Positions 12,753-26,199 are shown, counted from the first letter of the whole stretch. The stretch: 63,818 bases of DNA, filler included, from Bigelowiella natans CCMP2755 (GCA_000320545.1; 7 parts of 7 records of this genome joined end to end with filler, not necessarily neighbours in it), one strand, 5' to 3'. Notes: generated by a model not told the origin, from the sequence alone. Program-made: numbers and translations.

Positions 12753-14940
12753 CCCACGGCTGTACAAATACGAACAAGGAAACAAATAATATTTCTGCGT
12801 TGGCGGACACGAATAATGCCAAAGCGGTGGTTGGAGTTTACTTTCTCTCTAGTCAAAATTGTATGGAAATAATTTTTTGTATTTTATCGCTGTTACACAC
12901 GTTGTGGGGCTAAGAGAGCGTCTTTGGAGGTACCTAAAACAAAAAACATTGATTGTTTATCGTCGCTTTATGCAAAAACTTAAGAACCCCCCCTCCCTCC
13001 CCCCTTTCCCTCTTCCCTGTGGAAATTTGTAGTTTGACAGGTGGATGTCAGACCGATGTCAATAAATGTGCCGAACGGAGTTACGTTTCGAACGATTCCT
13101 CTCAGCTCATCGCCAACACAAAGCTTCCGATCAATATCATCATTGCTCTCTGTAACGAGACCAGGGATAACCTGGTTGAAATCAAAGGCAACGGAACAGC
13201 AGAATGAGCGAAACAAAGCCATTCACGCGTGCTGCATCAAAACCCACATTTGCTAACCACATCGTCTGCATCAACTCTCCTCCCCCCCCCCCTCTCCCAC
13301 CACCCCGTTGTTCTCATTCTCTAATCTCTTGGCGATATGCTGGAACTTACCCTATCATCAGTACCCAACGGAGCGAGGAGCTTTGCTTCGGATCGAGGAT
13401 CATGGTGCAAAGGCCTACGCATTAACATAGACGTATGTGTTTGTTATGTGTCTTATCACACTGCAGAAACAGACAAGGGGCGAGACGAAGGAGAAACGCT
13501 AAGCGGATGCCCGCATCTTGCTAGCGTATTCTCATTGTCGCAAAAAACGAAGGTTGTTGCGCGTCGAGTAGTTGGTTTCAAGGCAGGCATTTAGAGGGCC
13601 GAAAATGCGTCGAGAGAGCGCCTCGCGAAACAGCAAATAGATGGGGCTGCTTTGATTCCTTTTTCCTTGAAAAATGGAAATTCCCTTCTCCCTCTTTTTC
13701 CGCATGCTTACCCTTGATTCGTGAGGCAAGCTATAACGAATCCTGCCCCGTTGAGTCCTCCAATGCCTTCGTGATTCGCCACGCTCTCCAACCCCCCGTG
13801 ATCTTGGATGGCGCTCTGCATCCTTGCGGCAAGGTTAGCCTTCGGGTGCTTTGAAGACCCCGAGGAGGAAGAGGAAGAAGAAAAAGAAGAAGAGAGCCAA
13901 CTGGTACTGGGTTTCGCGTTGTCACGTCCTTCTCCCTCTTCTTCGCTTCCCCTCGCCTCAGCCATCTTCTCATCGCCCAGAAGTGTGGCCATCAGCTTAT
14001 GCGCGAGCTCGTAGTCGCGCGGGTGCACAAACGTCTCATCAAGAGGCTCGGAAGATCTTGGGATTACGAGGGAGAAGAAAGGAGAGACAAAGCTTCATTC
14101 AATTTTCAGTGATTTCCACTTCGCAGAAAGATACCACTGCGAGTGTAAGCATAAAATATAGACTAGCATCACGATACTCATGTGCGTTGGAAATGGCACA
14201 GCATGGCGGCATGGTGAAATCAACGGACCCTCTCACGAGCAGAAACCCTATGGCCTCTTCATAAGCTGCTCCATGGCCATTCGCCTCCATCACAGCTTTC
14301 ACCTCTTCCCGGGAACGATAGCCTTCTTCAACCCCCTCACCCTGCTGCTGCATCCGCCGTTTCGTCATCTTTCCTGACTGGGATCTCGCCGATTTCCTCT
14401 TCCGTTTTCTCCGCTCTGAGAGAAGGAGACTCGCGGATTGCCTGCATAGACCAGGCGCCGCCATGAGCAGCGGAATGCCTAAGTGCGGCGAGCCGAGGTC
14501 GATTCCGACTTTCGCCACGCACCACTCCAAAGCTACCCATCGAGAGTAGCATGCAAATCAAAAAAACATGGAAAAGAAGTTCAAAGCGAAACCGTGGAAA
14601 CGCGCGCGCGTGTGTGTGGGTATATGTGAGTGAGCGGGGGAAAGAGAGAGGGGGGGGGGGGGGGGGGGGGGGGGGGGAAAAAGAAATCGACCCCCCCTCC
14701 CTCAATTTTTTCCCGGGTTCCCGAAAAAGCAAAACACCCCCACCCCCTCCTTGCTGAGAGACAAAACATCTGGCCCAACGAAGGGCCACTCTCAGAAAGA
14801 GAGAGGTGCGGATCCAACTCAAGACTATCTAAATCCCAAAGATGCGGGGGGCCTTTTCGGATATTGACAAAATACCCTGGAGCCCGGCCGATGAAAACCT
14901 CACTGCACTGCTTCTTAATGATTCTTTTGAAGGTCGGCCC
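11746..14940 (-). CDS. Tex/SRBD1-like protein (HhH + S1 domain) with C-terminal RRM; 5' end lost at contig gap
   Basis: HhH-like WCVAKVGIDL..LLMAAPGLCRQSA; YEEAIGFLLV; DETFVHPRDYELA (Tex LDxTxIHPESY type); S1 domain LCVGDELRGIVRNVTPFGTFIDIGL..DALL..GNVALSLR; RRM RNP2 LFVGGL and RNP1 RGHGFVNM; stop at 11746. Confidence 0.8.
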
Positions 14941-14986
14941 CTGATTACGTGCTCCAAGGTGTAAAGAGAGGCCCCCTATTAACTAA

Positions 14987-15086
14987 NNNNNNNNNNNNNN
15001 NNNNNNNNNNNNNNNNNNNNNNNNNNNNNNTTAATTAATTAANNNNNNNNNNNNNNNNNNNNNNNNNNNNNNNNNNNNNNNNNNNN
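14987..15086. other. Artificial contig linker (N44-TTAATTAATTAA-N44); identical linkers at 34146-34245, 51311-51410, 57030-57129, 60276-60375, 62631-62730
   Basis: Fixed 100-nt length with a six-frame stop cassette; genes cut at one side do not continue on the other. Confidence 0.95.
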
Positions 15087-15138
<52 letters not shown>

Positions 15139-15199
15139 TTGTGCGTGTGTGATCAGAGTAAGACAGAAAATTATTAGCATTATACTGATAATTTTCTAT

Positions 15200-15415
15200 C
15201 TTACTCTGATCACATCCTCTGGTCAATATTTTATAAATAATACAATAATATAACTTTCCAGTTAAAAATAGTACCATTGCTTGAGCTCTTGATTCTACTG
15301 TAACAAGTTTTTGCTTGAATTGTCTAAATATTATCGATAAAATTGATCATAATTAACATAGACTAATAAATGATAATATGTCATACAAAAAAATGTCCTA
15401 TATCTTCCTCAAATA

Positions 15416-15491
<76 letters not shown>

Positions 15492-15492
15492 T

Positions 15493-15539
<47 letters not shown>

Positions 15540-16780
15540 TTTATATAACTATGTACGTATGTTAGTATAATATTTTTGTTTTTACTGTCAAATGGTTACC
15601 TCATCTCTTCAAGAGTCTCTTGAGCAACCCCAGCCTAATTAATATTTAGCAGCATTAATTTATACATCAAACTAAAACATCAGGTAGATGAATGAATAAA
15701 TGTGTATTAATTAAGCAATAGTAAAATAAATATTGTAACAGCCATTAAATTTCTTGAAAAAATACCTTGGTCATTTTGGTCTTTAGTCTACTGACGTATT
15801 TTGCCATTAAGGGTTGTGCTAAAAATATGAAGAATGATACTAAAATAAAAACAAACTTCGATACTCCATCTGAATTTATAAGGTTTATGTATTTCGAATT
15901 TAATATATTAATTTTATAAAATCATTCTTGGCGAACAGATGAAATAATAATTAACGAAGGGTATGATTTTCAAATTTGGCTGTTCTTTCATCTATGTTTC
16001 CTGAATGTATATAGTACTCATCACTATTTATTCGATGTTGTTACTCTATAATATGAGTGATTGTTTCAGGAATATATAAACTTAATTTAACCTTTAATCA
16101 AATCAAATTCTAATGGAGATGATGATGAAATAAGAGCTGCTTCTCCAACAACCAACTCAAATGGCACCTTGAAAATCCGAGCAAAAATATATAAATTCTA
16201 AATGAAAAAGTGTAATTGCCTTGTCCATATTTAAATACAGGAGCACACGTCGTACAACATGCATATGCATCTGTGTGCTTTGAAAATTTAGAAAAAGTTT
16301 TTTTCTCATTTAGGAAACTTTTCGTGCATCATTACTTGGAGTTTCCGCTCTTCCGAATCGCTTGACATTGCGTATTTATAGTTCGCCTGATAATTTAATT
16401 ATAGTCCAAAATAAGAAATATCAGGAGGCATTCATTCATATTTGATACAAGCTCCGCAATGTAAATTTGTATCTGATATTTCATCCTGGTGAGCTACCAC
16501 TAGTTACATATACCTTCATCCTATTCCTCAATAGACGCAGAAACCGGCGACAAGTGAACGATGGATGCTATAAAAGTTTCATAAGATATGACATGTTACA
16601 CAACTTAGCCACTCATATTCGGTGAATAGATTTAGTGCCCGCTAGGGCCGCAATAGTATCTATCTTTTATCAATATATATAATTAAGTTCAGAAGCCATC
16701 AGATATTTCATAATTTCAAACTTTGAAACATTAAAATTCTACGAAGAATTCACCCCATATTTATTTGTTTCCATTGTTTT
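15200..16780 (-). CDS. Small-exon hypothetical protein (partial)
   Basis: AG/GT-bounded coding-like microexons, e.g. HPSFTCRRFLRLLRNRMK, VPFELVVGEAALISSSSPLEFDLIK, QPLMAKYVSRLKTKMTK, VAQETLEEMR. Confidence 0.35.
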
Positions 16781-17091
16781 GTTGCAGTTACCCCCCTATT
16801 CTTTCTAATTTTCTCCTACTCGCAAGCACTTTAGTAAATATTCCTACTGCTACCCATAAAGTTTATAAACCTACGACTAAATCTCTTCATAAACGACTAA
16901 CCAACTATTATATTATTAAATAAATAAATAAAAAGATCGACTTCTTGAACAAAATCTTTCCTAATACCTTAAATATCAAAGCGCTTGAATTCGTAACAAC
17001 TGCCCTTACTAAACGTAATATGAAGATCATCATTACTTGTATCAATTCTCGTTCACTTACATGTCAGGTGCCTTTAGTACTTATTGTAGCT

Positions 17092-17135
<44 letters not shown>

Positions 17136-17679
17136 ATATATATGTATATATATATATATACATATATATGTATGTATCTTTCTCTCTCCTCCCTACCCCC
17201 CCCTCCCCTCCTCTCTTCTCTCTCTCTCTTTGTGTGTGTGTGTAAGAAGACCTATAATTCTTCTATTTTGTTGTTGCTCATATGGCGTGTATAGCTAATT
17301 GCTACTACCAGTATTATTAAATGAAAGTCACCTCTCGCTAGCAACTATATATTGAATTTGTACTGCTACATCATGTAACAACCTGATCCAATATTAATCA
17401 GCATCATCTCTTCTCGAACAGATATATCCGGTCCTATAATAACACACATACACCTCATTCCCATTTTCATCATCATCAACATAAGATAATCTCAACGCTC
17501 CGCACACGTACCTGCTGTTGAAAGCGATAGTGATGGATCTACTCTTCTCAAGTCACGAGGCCTTTATTTATCATGGAAATGCAGTTCGGTAACAACGCAT
17601 CATTTATGCTACTATATCAATCAATATCCAATTGCAATAATATAAAAGAAGAACAAGGTGAGTGAATTTACTACAAACT

Positions 17680-18546
17680 ATTTCTTCGGCGTCTCCCTCC
17701 TTCTCCATACTACCTTAGCCCGGACAATCGAAGCAAACTCCTTCGACTTAATCTCTACAGTTGCATGCATTATAGAATGAGAAAGAGAGAGAATGGAGAT
17801 AACAACAACGCAGTAAAACTCTTCAATTAACATAGTACCCATATCATCACCAAAACATAGATAACCAATCATCACCATCTTTTTTAATTAGGTTTAGACT
17901 ATTGCTATACCTGCTCTACTTGTGTAAAAGACATGTCCTCTTTAGAATCGATTCTTAACACCTAAATTATAGATAGGAGGAGGAGGACTATCACGAAAAT
18001 GATTACCAATCATACTTATGCTGCGTCGTTTAAAATTCTAACTATTACTACTAGTACTATCACTTCAATCACTTTTTGTTTGAATCCTCCTCCTCTTCTT
18101 CTTCTTTCCTCTTCCTCTTCACCATAATCCCATCATCCTCTTTCTACACCCCTAAAAACGACAATTCTGCTAACAATTCTACCAACAACAAATAAATACT
18201 GCGACTACACTACTACTCAAATTTCTACTACTACTATAACTACTATCACTACTATTACTACTATTACTACTACCTCGTACATAAGAATCCCCCCACCCCC
18301 TCCTGCTGCACCAGTAGTTGCGTTAAACGCTGTCTTTACTATATCAACGCCTCCTTCGATTAAATTGGTAGTAGGTTGTGTTAATGATGACTATTGGATG
18401 ATGGCTATTGGGTAGGTATCTATTTATGCGAAAACGACTTAATTACTGGCTCTGCTGACCAGCAATACAACAAGACTACTCAATATATGATAATAACCGA
18501 ATCGTCACCAATCACTATCCCTGCTATTTATTCTCTCTAAACTTCG

Positions 18547-18580
<34 letters not shown>

Positions 18581-20374
18581 AATCATCGTTTTCATAATCA
18601 CTTTCACCATTCACCATCATCATCAACTATTATCAATCATTGTCCTCGTCATTAAAATCAACATCACCAACCTACAGCATTCGCTTCCTCTTCCTCCTCT
18701 TCATTTTCCAAATAATCGCCCTGCAATGATTATAAGAACACATGCAATAATCAAGACAATGATGTTGTTGTTGATGATGATGATGATGATGAGCAACAAA
18801 GATCTCTTGCTGTATGCAGTATAATTATGTTTTCTACGACTGCAAGTTCTATGATTACGAGTGAGAAATCACAGTAGATGGACAGATGGAGGAAAGATAT
18901 GAGAAATCATAGTAGATGGACATATGGACAAATGGAGATAGATATGATCGGATGTGATGATGGAGAAAGAGGAGGAGGAGGAGAAGAATGATTCATAAGT
19001 AGTGGTAGCTAGCTGTAGCTACCATGGTTGCTATTGCTGCTGTTGAAGGGGTAGTAGCAGCGCCATTAACAATATCCCATGATGATGAGTAATAGTCATC
19101 ATCGGTATGATGACGATCACGGTGATTATCACCCACATCCTCATCATTATTATCACTGTTATTATCATCCTTTTTCATGAAAACATATGATACAAACAAA
19201 AGTTATATATTATCAGCTACAACTTGCAATAAAATATTTTCAAAAACTGCAGTCAGTGAGTAATATTTGGTAATTATTTCAAAACAAAGATAGGCATGAG
19301 AACATATATAATAGAGGGAATAAGCGAGGATAGGCAGTAAAACACAATACAAGAAAGAAAAAGAAAGACAATCAGATTGCTATAATTATGTGTGTGTGTG
19401 TGTGTGTGCGTGTGTGCGTGTGTGTGTGTGTGTACAAACAAGCGAAAGCATAGTATGGGCAAAGTGAAGGAGAGAGAGGGGGAGAGAAGTAAATGATTAT
19501 TGATACATCACACTGCTACTACTATTACTACTACTACTACTACTACTACCACTTTCATCGTCCTACAACCCATTTCATCACATTCCTCACTATTCATAGG
19601 AGATAAATAACAAATCACCAACTATTTTTACATTGTTTGTTGTTATAATTTGCATTTGGGTTCATTCATTTTCTATATAGGTATTCTCTAATATCTATCC
19701 CCCATTCCTCAACAACAACAACAACAACAACAAGACCAACTACTACTACCGCAACTACTATAACTACTTTGGAAGCATTGGTAGAATCGGTTGGTCTAAA
19801 GCACCAGCACCAGCATCCATTTCCATGAGCCATGATGATGGATCAACGCTGCAGACAATATGTGTGCAAATGTATTGTTATATTAGTAGAAGAAAAGGGG
19901 AATAAAGCATCTAACCTGAATTATTAACAACTAAGATGAATGATCGAATTCTTCACAGAGGAGCAGGCAGCAACAGGTTATATATCATTCAAAGAGAATC
20001 ATACAAAGTAGAAAAAAGAACCAAAAAATGGCTCCTCCCCTTGCCAGAGTCCCACATGAATGGTGATACTTTTATGAACACGATAGTAGTAAGTGAATGG
20101 AGATAACTTCTCGTCGTTTGTCCTCTTTTCTCAGGATTAACCTCCTTCTACTGCTTATTTTACTTCTTACTGTCTCAATACTACTCAGTAATACAAGTAG
20201 TGGATGCACTATTAGTTACCAACGCAAAGTAAGTAAGTAAGAGCTACTAGTAGTGTACAGCAACCTGTTTGGGTGAGCGGTGAGTCGGTGACTAAAGGCC
20301 TCAAGATACATATCATCATCCTCGTCATTCATCTGGTGCTAGTGGTCACAACAAAGACAAAGATAATAATAATG

Positions 20375-20406
<32 letters not shown>

Positions 20407-21541
20407 TATGATGACGATCATCATGGTAATGATAGTCATCATGAATGCGGGAGAACACGCACAGCTGCTTTCGTTCGGATTCTAATACTTATATGCTGCA
20501 AATTATCACCGAGGAGAATTCTTCTAGGAGATCATAAACAGTCGTAATAGAAGGATGTGCCGTCTTCTGTGTTTGCTGCTTTGGCACGGATAAATTGTGC
20601 TTTTCGGAATCATAATCATCGTCATCATCACCACCATCACCACCCTTATCATCACTTCTTTGATTATGAGGGAGAGAAGAAAGAGGAGATTGGTGATAAT
20701 ACTGAGAAGAATCAGCAACCTAACACACACAATCACGTAGTAGTTTAACAAGAGGAAGGTCATAGTCTAATTAAGGTGAAGAATGGTTGTGTACACTTAT
20801 ATATGCTGCCTCTCACGTGGATGATTTCAACAGTTTACACTTATATATATATATGCTGCCTCTCACGTGGATGATTTCAACAGTTTACACTTATATATAT
20901 GCTGCCTCTCACGTGGACGATTTCAACAGTTTACACTTATATATATGCTGCCTCTCACGTGGATGATTTCAACAGTTTACACTTATATATATGCTGCCTC
21001 TCACATGGATGATTTCAACAGTTTACTACGGTGGGTTTGCATGAATTAGCTGCAATACATGTAATGATAATATTAATAAAATCAATGTGACTATAGTTTG
21101 ATTTTATGTTAAAATATGTCCATCATCGATCTGGATGGTTGGTTACTTACTACACCTTGTTGTTCCTTTTGTTCTCATCATCATTTTTATGCTCCTTGGA
21201 TGGTGATGGGGAAGAAGAAGAAGAAGAAGAAGAAGAAGAAGAAGAGTAGCAATGAAGATGACGAGGAGGAAGATAGCTTCTAAAAGATGATGGCGACGAC
21301 AATGACGATGATGGGAATGCCATCCCACGTAGTAGAGCTGATGATGGCTGTATGGATACCATCGTCTTCCTTTTCGGCATCGTCATCATCGTGATTCTTT
21401 GTTGCTCATCATGGGCCTTAGGTCTCATCATCTTCTTCATCATTATTTTCCCTCGTTGTCGTTGTCGTTGTCCATGCGTAGAGTCTGGAAATTACGTGAA
21501 GTACAGTCAAAGGTTGATTCTAACATAATCTTTCGTGAACG

Positions 21542-21582
<41 letters not shown>

Positions 21583-22481
21583 ACACAAAATGGATCCAAA
21601 ATGCATTTAATATTCGCATTGAGCTGCAACGGGGACTTTAAGAATTTATGCACGAATGTAGAGGAAAGGGAAATGTATACTACAACGAACCTCTTAGTAC
21701 AAATCCTCTTACTCTCTTCTCTTGCCCCTTTCTCTGCTGCATCACTGGATCATCCATGGATGATGATGATGATGATATTGACCGTAGATTAATAAACTGC
21801 TATATTTGTACATAGAAAAGAAGGTTTGTATTATATTCACAATTTGTAATTGAACTGTGGTCAAGGGTCATAAAAGACCTACGACATGTGCTTTTCAGTT
21901 AATGTGATGATAATAATGATGATGATGATGATGATAATAATCATGATGATCCATGCATCATATTTGATGATAATAGAATCAATATGTCACCAGCTGTTGT
22001 TTTGAAAAATCTACCCCTATTACTACTATTTTGTACCGGATGATGCATCATTGTTTTGGTGAACAACATTGCATTGGTTATCATATTCCTCTTGTAGAAG
22101 TGGGTAGGGTAGTTGTAGTAATAGTGGCGACAAGATCCTCCGATTGGCATTAGAAAGAGCAGCACCACCAATGGTATCATTTTCATCGAGAGAGCAACTC
22201 GTTTTGAAGTGATTGGTTTGGTTCCACGTGCTCGATGATGATTTATGCACAAAAATGTAACAACCTCCAGTAGACCAAGAAAGGAGTACCAAATATGACC
22301 GACGATGCTCCCAAATCACTTGTGATACAGCCGGAACCCCCCCTTTATTAGGAAATTTTGGGGCGAGAGCGATAATCAGATTTAAAAAAGGAAGGTGGAG
22401 GCGAGAAGAAAGAGGAAAGGAAAGAAGAATGCAGAACAGCGGTTCAAAGTGGAAGACGGGAAGGGTTAGAGACGTTTCCAT
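17680..22481 (-). CDS. Large multi-exon hypothetical protein with low-complexity tracts
   Basis: ATG-initiated ORF 22481-22026 and downstream coding-like segments (FVHKFLKSPLQLNANIKC; TTNLIEGGVDIVKTAFNATTGAAGGVGGFL). No family recognised; 3' end approximate. Confidence 0.35.
20794..21026. repeat. Minisatellite, 5 copies of ~44-50 nt with an internal variable (TA)n
   Basis: Unit CACTT(AT)nGCTGCCTCTCACGTGGATGATTTCAACAGTTTA repeated head-to-tail. Confidence 0.9.
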
Positions 22482-23245
22482 CGCTACTTAGATACAATAC
22501 CTACATGCTATCGGCATCCGTATTGTATTATATTACTTCAAAAGAAGTGAGAACTTTATTGACTATAGCTACTATTCTCAGATGCCAGTTATTCATATAC
22601 CTTCGTGAGGGGGGCGACGAGGTCACAGTGATATTTTTGGAAAGTGATAATTTAGAACATATTTTATCGATGATTTATGTAAAATAATAGCTCCTATTGT
22701 AATTTTCTGTATAAGAGCAGCAGCAAAAACTGTAGGTGGGATGATCCAGCATGGATACCAGTATTAGGTGTAGTGTAGGAGTAAAAAAGCATAAGAATTT
22801 TTCTCGTAGTAGACTAGTGAGCAATTAGTTATTTACGTTGATTCACCAAATAATAAGTGATAATGAGTTCTCACTAGTAGTGAATGATGTTGTTGTCTCA
22901 TAGCGGATATTGCCTCGTTTCGACTGATTCGACATGAAATTGTCAAAGGAAAGAAGTTGGTGGGTAGTTTTTAAGAGATTATCACCTAGAAATAGTACAC
23001 CAGGACACCGATGGACGGTGGTATACCCCCTAAAATAGACATTGTAACGTATTTAGCAAGTCTTATTGGATAAATAGAGGGCATTTAATGAGATAATCAG
23101 TCCTACGACATGAAGATTTACTAGAGAGTGCTCGTACATGGATCATTCATCACACAACTACATAAAATCATATCTACGATCTACCCCATCGCTACCACCC
23201 ACCCACAAGGAGACTGTACAAGAGTGGAAAATAACAACAATAAAT

Positions 23246-24302
23246 ATGAGTGCGGTGTGTGAACTAAAACCATCAACTAAAAGACAAACAGACGCAAACC
23301 TACTCCCTAAAACACTGTGGTGTTTTCAACTGAAACTCCATCACGCAACAAAAAAAAGGATGGCTCACAATACTCTTGTCGAAATGTACATTTTGGATCA
23401 CAATACTATTGTTGAAATGAATACTTCATTTTGCAGCCTTTTGTTGACCTTGATCTCGAAACTCTGGACGGTAAGAAAGTTAAGCTGTCTGATTATGCAA
23501 AGGATGGGAAGACTGTCGTAATAGACTTCTATACTACTTGGTAGTAGCTTCAATAGGAGAGGAGAGAAGAAAATATTCCCCTTGATGTAAACTTCTAGAA
23601 AGTTCGAAGTTGAGTTAATGATAATAACAGTTACACTATTGATAATGGCAGAATTCATGGTTGAAATTAGAAGAATGCCATGTGTAGATCCATACCCTGT
23701 TTCAGAAAGAAATGGATACGGAAAATGATAAAATGATGGAAATCTTAGTCATCATTTGTCCAATTTTCTTTTGGGGTGATGCAGGTGAGGAGGGTGTCGT
23801 GGGGCAGCGAAGCACATGGGTGAGCTCGCTGCTGCAAAGTCCGAAAAGGCGACGTTCTTGCTCATAAACTGCGAGGTGCGTGTTTTGTCAGAAATTCTTT
23901 TTGCATAGCTCATCATTTCTTTGTGGTTTTTGATGATGCGAGAAAAGGATGGAAAGAGTTCTGACGCTCTGAAAGAGTATGCTAAAAAAGCTGGAGCCAC
24001 GCAGAAGGAACTTATCCATCTTAAAAATGGAAAAAATTCCACGTACAGTGGGTACTTTGACTATTGTTTTCCTTTGGATATTCGGCGCCCCAAACTGATC
24101 GATGATATTGCAGGTATTACCCATACCATGTCGTTATCAAAGATGGGAAAGTGGCCATGAATGGAGGTTACGACATGCAGGTGATGATCTTTGCTATCAA
24201 TTACTTCTCACGTGTATCATCAAATTACGTTTTCCAACGTTCATGGCAATTCTTCAGAATCGAAAGTGGAAAGACTGGGAGGGCTGTGCTGGTCTCAAAT
24301 AA
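23246..24302 (+). CDS. Thioredoxin-fold (TlpA/AhpC-TSA-like) selenoprotein with UxxC motif, 6 exons
   Basis: Exons 23246-23254, 23437-23540, 23785-23875, 23948-24051 (or -24042), 24114-24180, 24258-24302 give MSAPFVDLDLETLDGKKVKLSDYAKDGKTVVIDFYTTW-U-GGCRGAAKHMGELAAAKSEKATFLLINCEDG...YYPYHVVIKDGKVAMNGGYDMQNRKWKDWEGCAGLK*. In-frame TGA 23786-23788 occupies the first Cys of W-C-x-x-C. Confidence 0.88.
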
Positions 24303-24347
24303 TTAAAGAATAAATTAGAGAGAAGAGTCTCTTTAACAACCTGCGAA

Positions 24348-24444
24348 GTAGCTGCATCACATATGACGACTGCTTTTGGAAAACATACACCTTCGCTTCT
24401 CTACTGAGGCACCAATTGTAGTTTGAAGTTTATGCCAGAGCTGC
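24348..24444 (+). promoter_or_regulatory. Eukaryotic SECIS element (type II-like) in 3' UTR
   Basis: ATGAC core 24363-24367 / TGAA 24424-24427; helix II GACTGCTTTTGG pairs with CCAATTGTAGTT; apical AAAA then mini-stem CCTTCG/CTGAGG; helix I GTAGCT-GCAT pairs with ATGC..AGCTGC. Confidence 0.8.
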
Positions 24445-26199
24445 TAGGCATGTTTGCATCACCCATCAGTGGAACCTGTTACTACTACTACTACTCTACT
24501 GTTGCGCATGTCTCGACGTGCTTTGGCGCCAGAGAGCAATTATATCAACGGTTGGGAATGAGAGTCATTGGCAATAATGCATACAAAAAATGTCTCTTTT
24601 TTAAAATCACGTATCATCTCCTACCTAGCTCATGCAATGTTGCACATATCGATCAACTATAAATTTTCTACATTGCATAGAGAGAGAGATAGCAGCTCGC
24701 CGCTACCGCCGTATCTAATATGTAATAGAAACATCATGCATGGCCGGTATCGTGTTGATGTGTGAGACGAATGTAATGAAGTGATCAAATCGTTTCAATA
24801 GTCACCCTAATGTAGCTATATATGCAAAGCAGTGGCTACGCAGCGCTCATGTTGTATAGATTTGTCTCTGCTATTATGTATAATAACTAGATAAGACGGA
24901 TCGATGTCGCAATAAATCAAATCAAATTTGTTCAATGGTCATGCTCATGTAGCTAGCTGCTGTGCGATGCAGCGGCCTACAGCGCTAATGATGAATCTGT
25001 TAGTAGTAGCCGTAGTCTCCGCTATGGTGTGTTTATGTTTCACTAGCTAGCTCATGCAATTAAATGCATGTTGTTTATTCGGTCTTCATTGGCGCTCATT
25101 TCGAGCAGCAGTGCGTGTTTCCTTCTCATAGCAAACCAATATTTTCGTTGTGCACAAGACGGATGTAATTGATCAATTAAATTCGTTGAATGATCATCCT
25201 TATGTAGCTATCATTATGGCAATAATGCAATTATGATTTTTGTGCATTTAAGCTTGTGATGTGCATGTGTAACTAACTAGCTAATGACACTTGCACATCA
25301 CACACTTTGAAAGCATGTGTGCCCTGTCCTAGTGTCTTCGATGTCGCGCAGTGCGCGCAGCCGTCCGTTCATGCTGCTTTTTCACCTTTTAGTCAATAGT
25401 TTCGTCATGTTGATACATGTAAATTAACGCTAATTGCTTTGCATGCTCAGGCGCTGAAAATTGCATTGCATGTCTAGACGTCTAGACGTGTACACACATG
25501 TACGTGCAAATGTGTGCAACTCCAATGGGCATTTAGGGACTTGTATGCAAGACCCAAAACCGCATTGTGGCAAGGTCTAGAGGTCATGTAGATCTGATTT
25601 TCAACTACGCTCCAAAACCAACAAAACAAAAGCCCTTTCTAGCTTTCTAGCTTTGCTACATTCACGTAACATAGCCTAGGCTACACAAACACAGACAAAA
25701 GGTCTATTTGTGTGTACGCAAGTCAAGTAAGTACATGTGTTGATGATTATATAATATGTTGCACATCAAATATTCTACATTTAATTGGAGTTCTAGTGTA
25801 TGTGCACTACAATTTGCACACGCATGCTGCACATGGACGCAATATCTATTTGTGTGTCAATGTGGTTCATTCATCGTAGGCAACTCTGTAACTGCTATAC
25901 GCACAACGCATCAACAAATATACGATACATCTTACTAATAATAACAAGCAACATGCTATTTGCAGTGACAAAATACGAGCTGCACCCCTGCTACTAATTA
26001 GCATGAAAAGCTACTAGTGCTAGATTAATTTATCATAAGCTTCAATTTACAACACGAGGCCGCGCATGCAGCAAGTTGTCTAATAAGAGGCAAAGGCATT
26101 ATGTAGTCTTCGTTGACTGAATACTCAGCCATTTAGTCGGACTCAGGGTTCGTCATTAGGCATCATTGGCACTGATAGTAATTTTTGCCTTGTTTGCTA

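Noticed and set aside
17295-17375. LLLPVLLNESHLSLATIY resembling the Ulp1/C48 protease His motif
   Set aside because: Lacks the HW dipeptide, and no downstream Asp or QxNxxDCG motif was found.
20794-21026. CRISPR-like appearance of regularly spaced repeats (also 32833-33074)
   Set aside because: No unique spacers (only TA-length variation), no cas genes, eukaryotic context.
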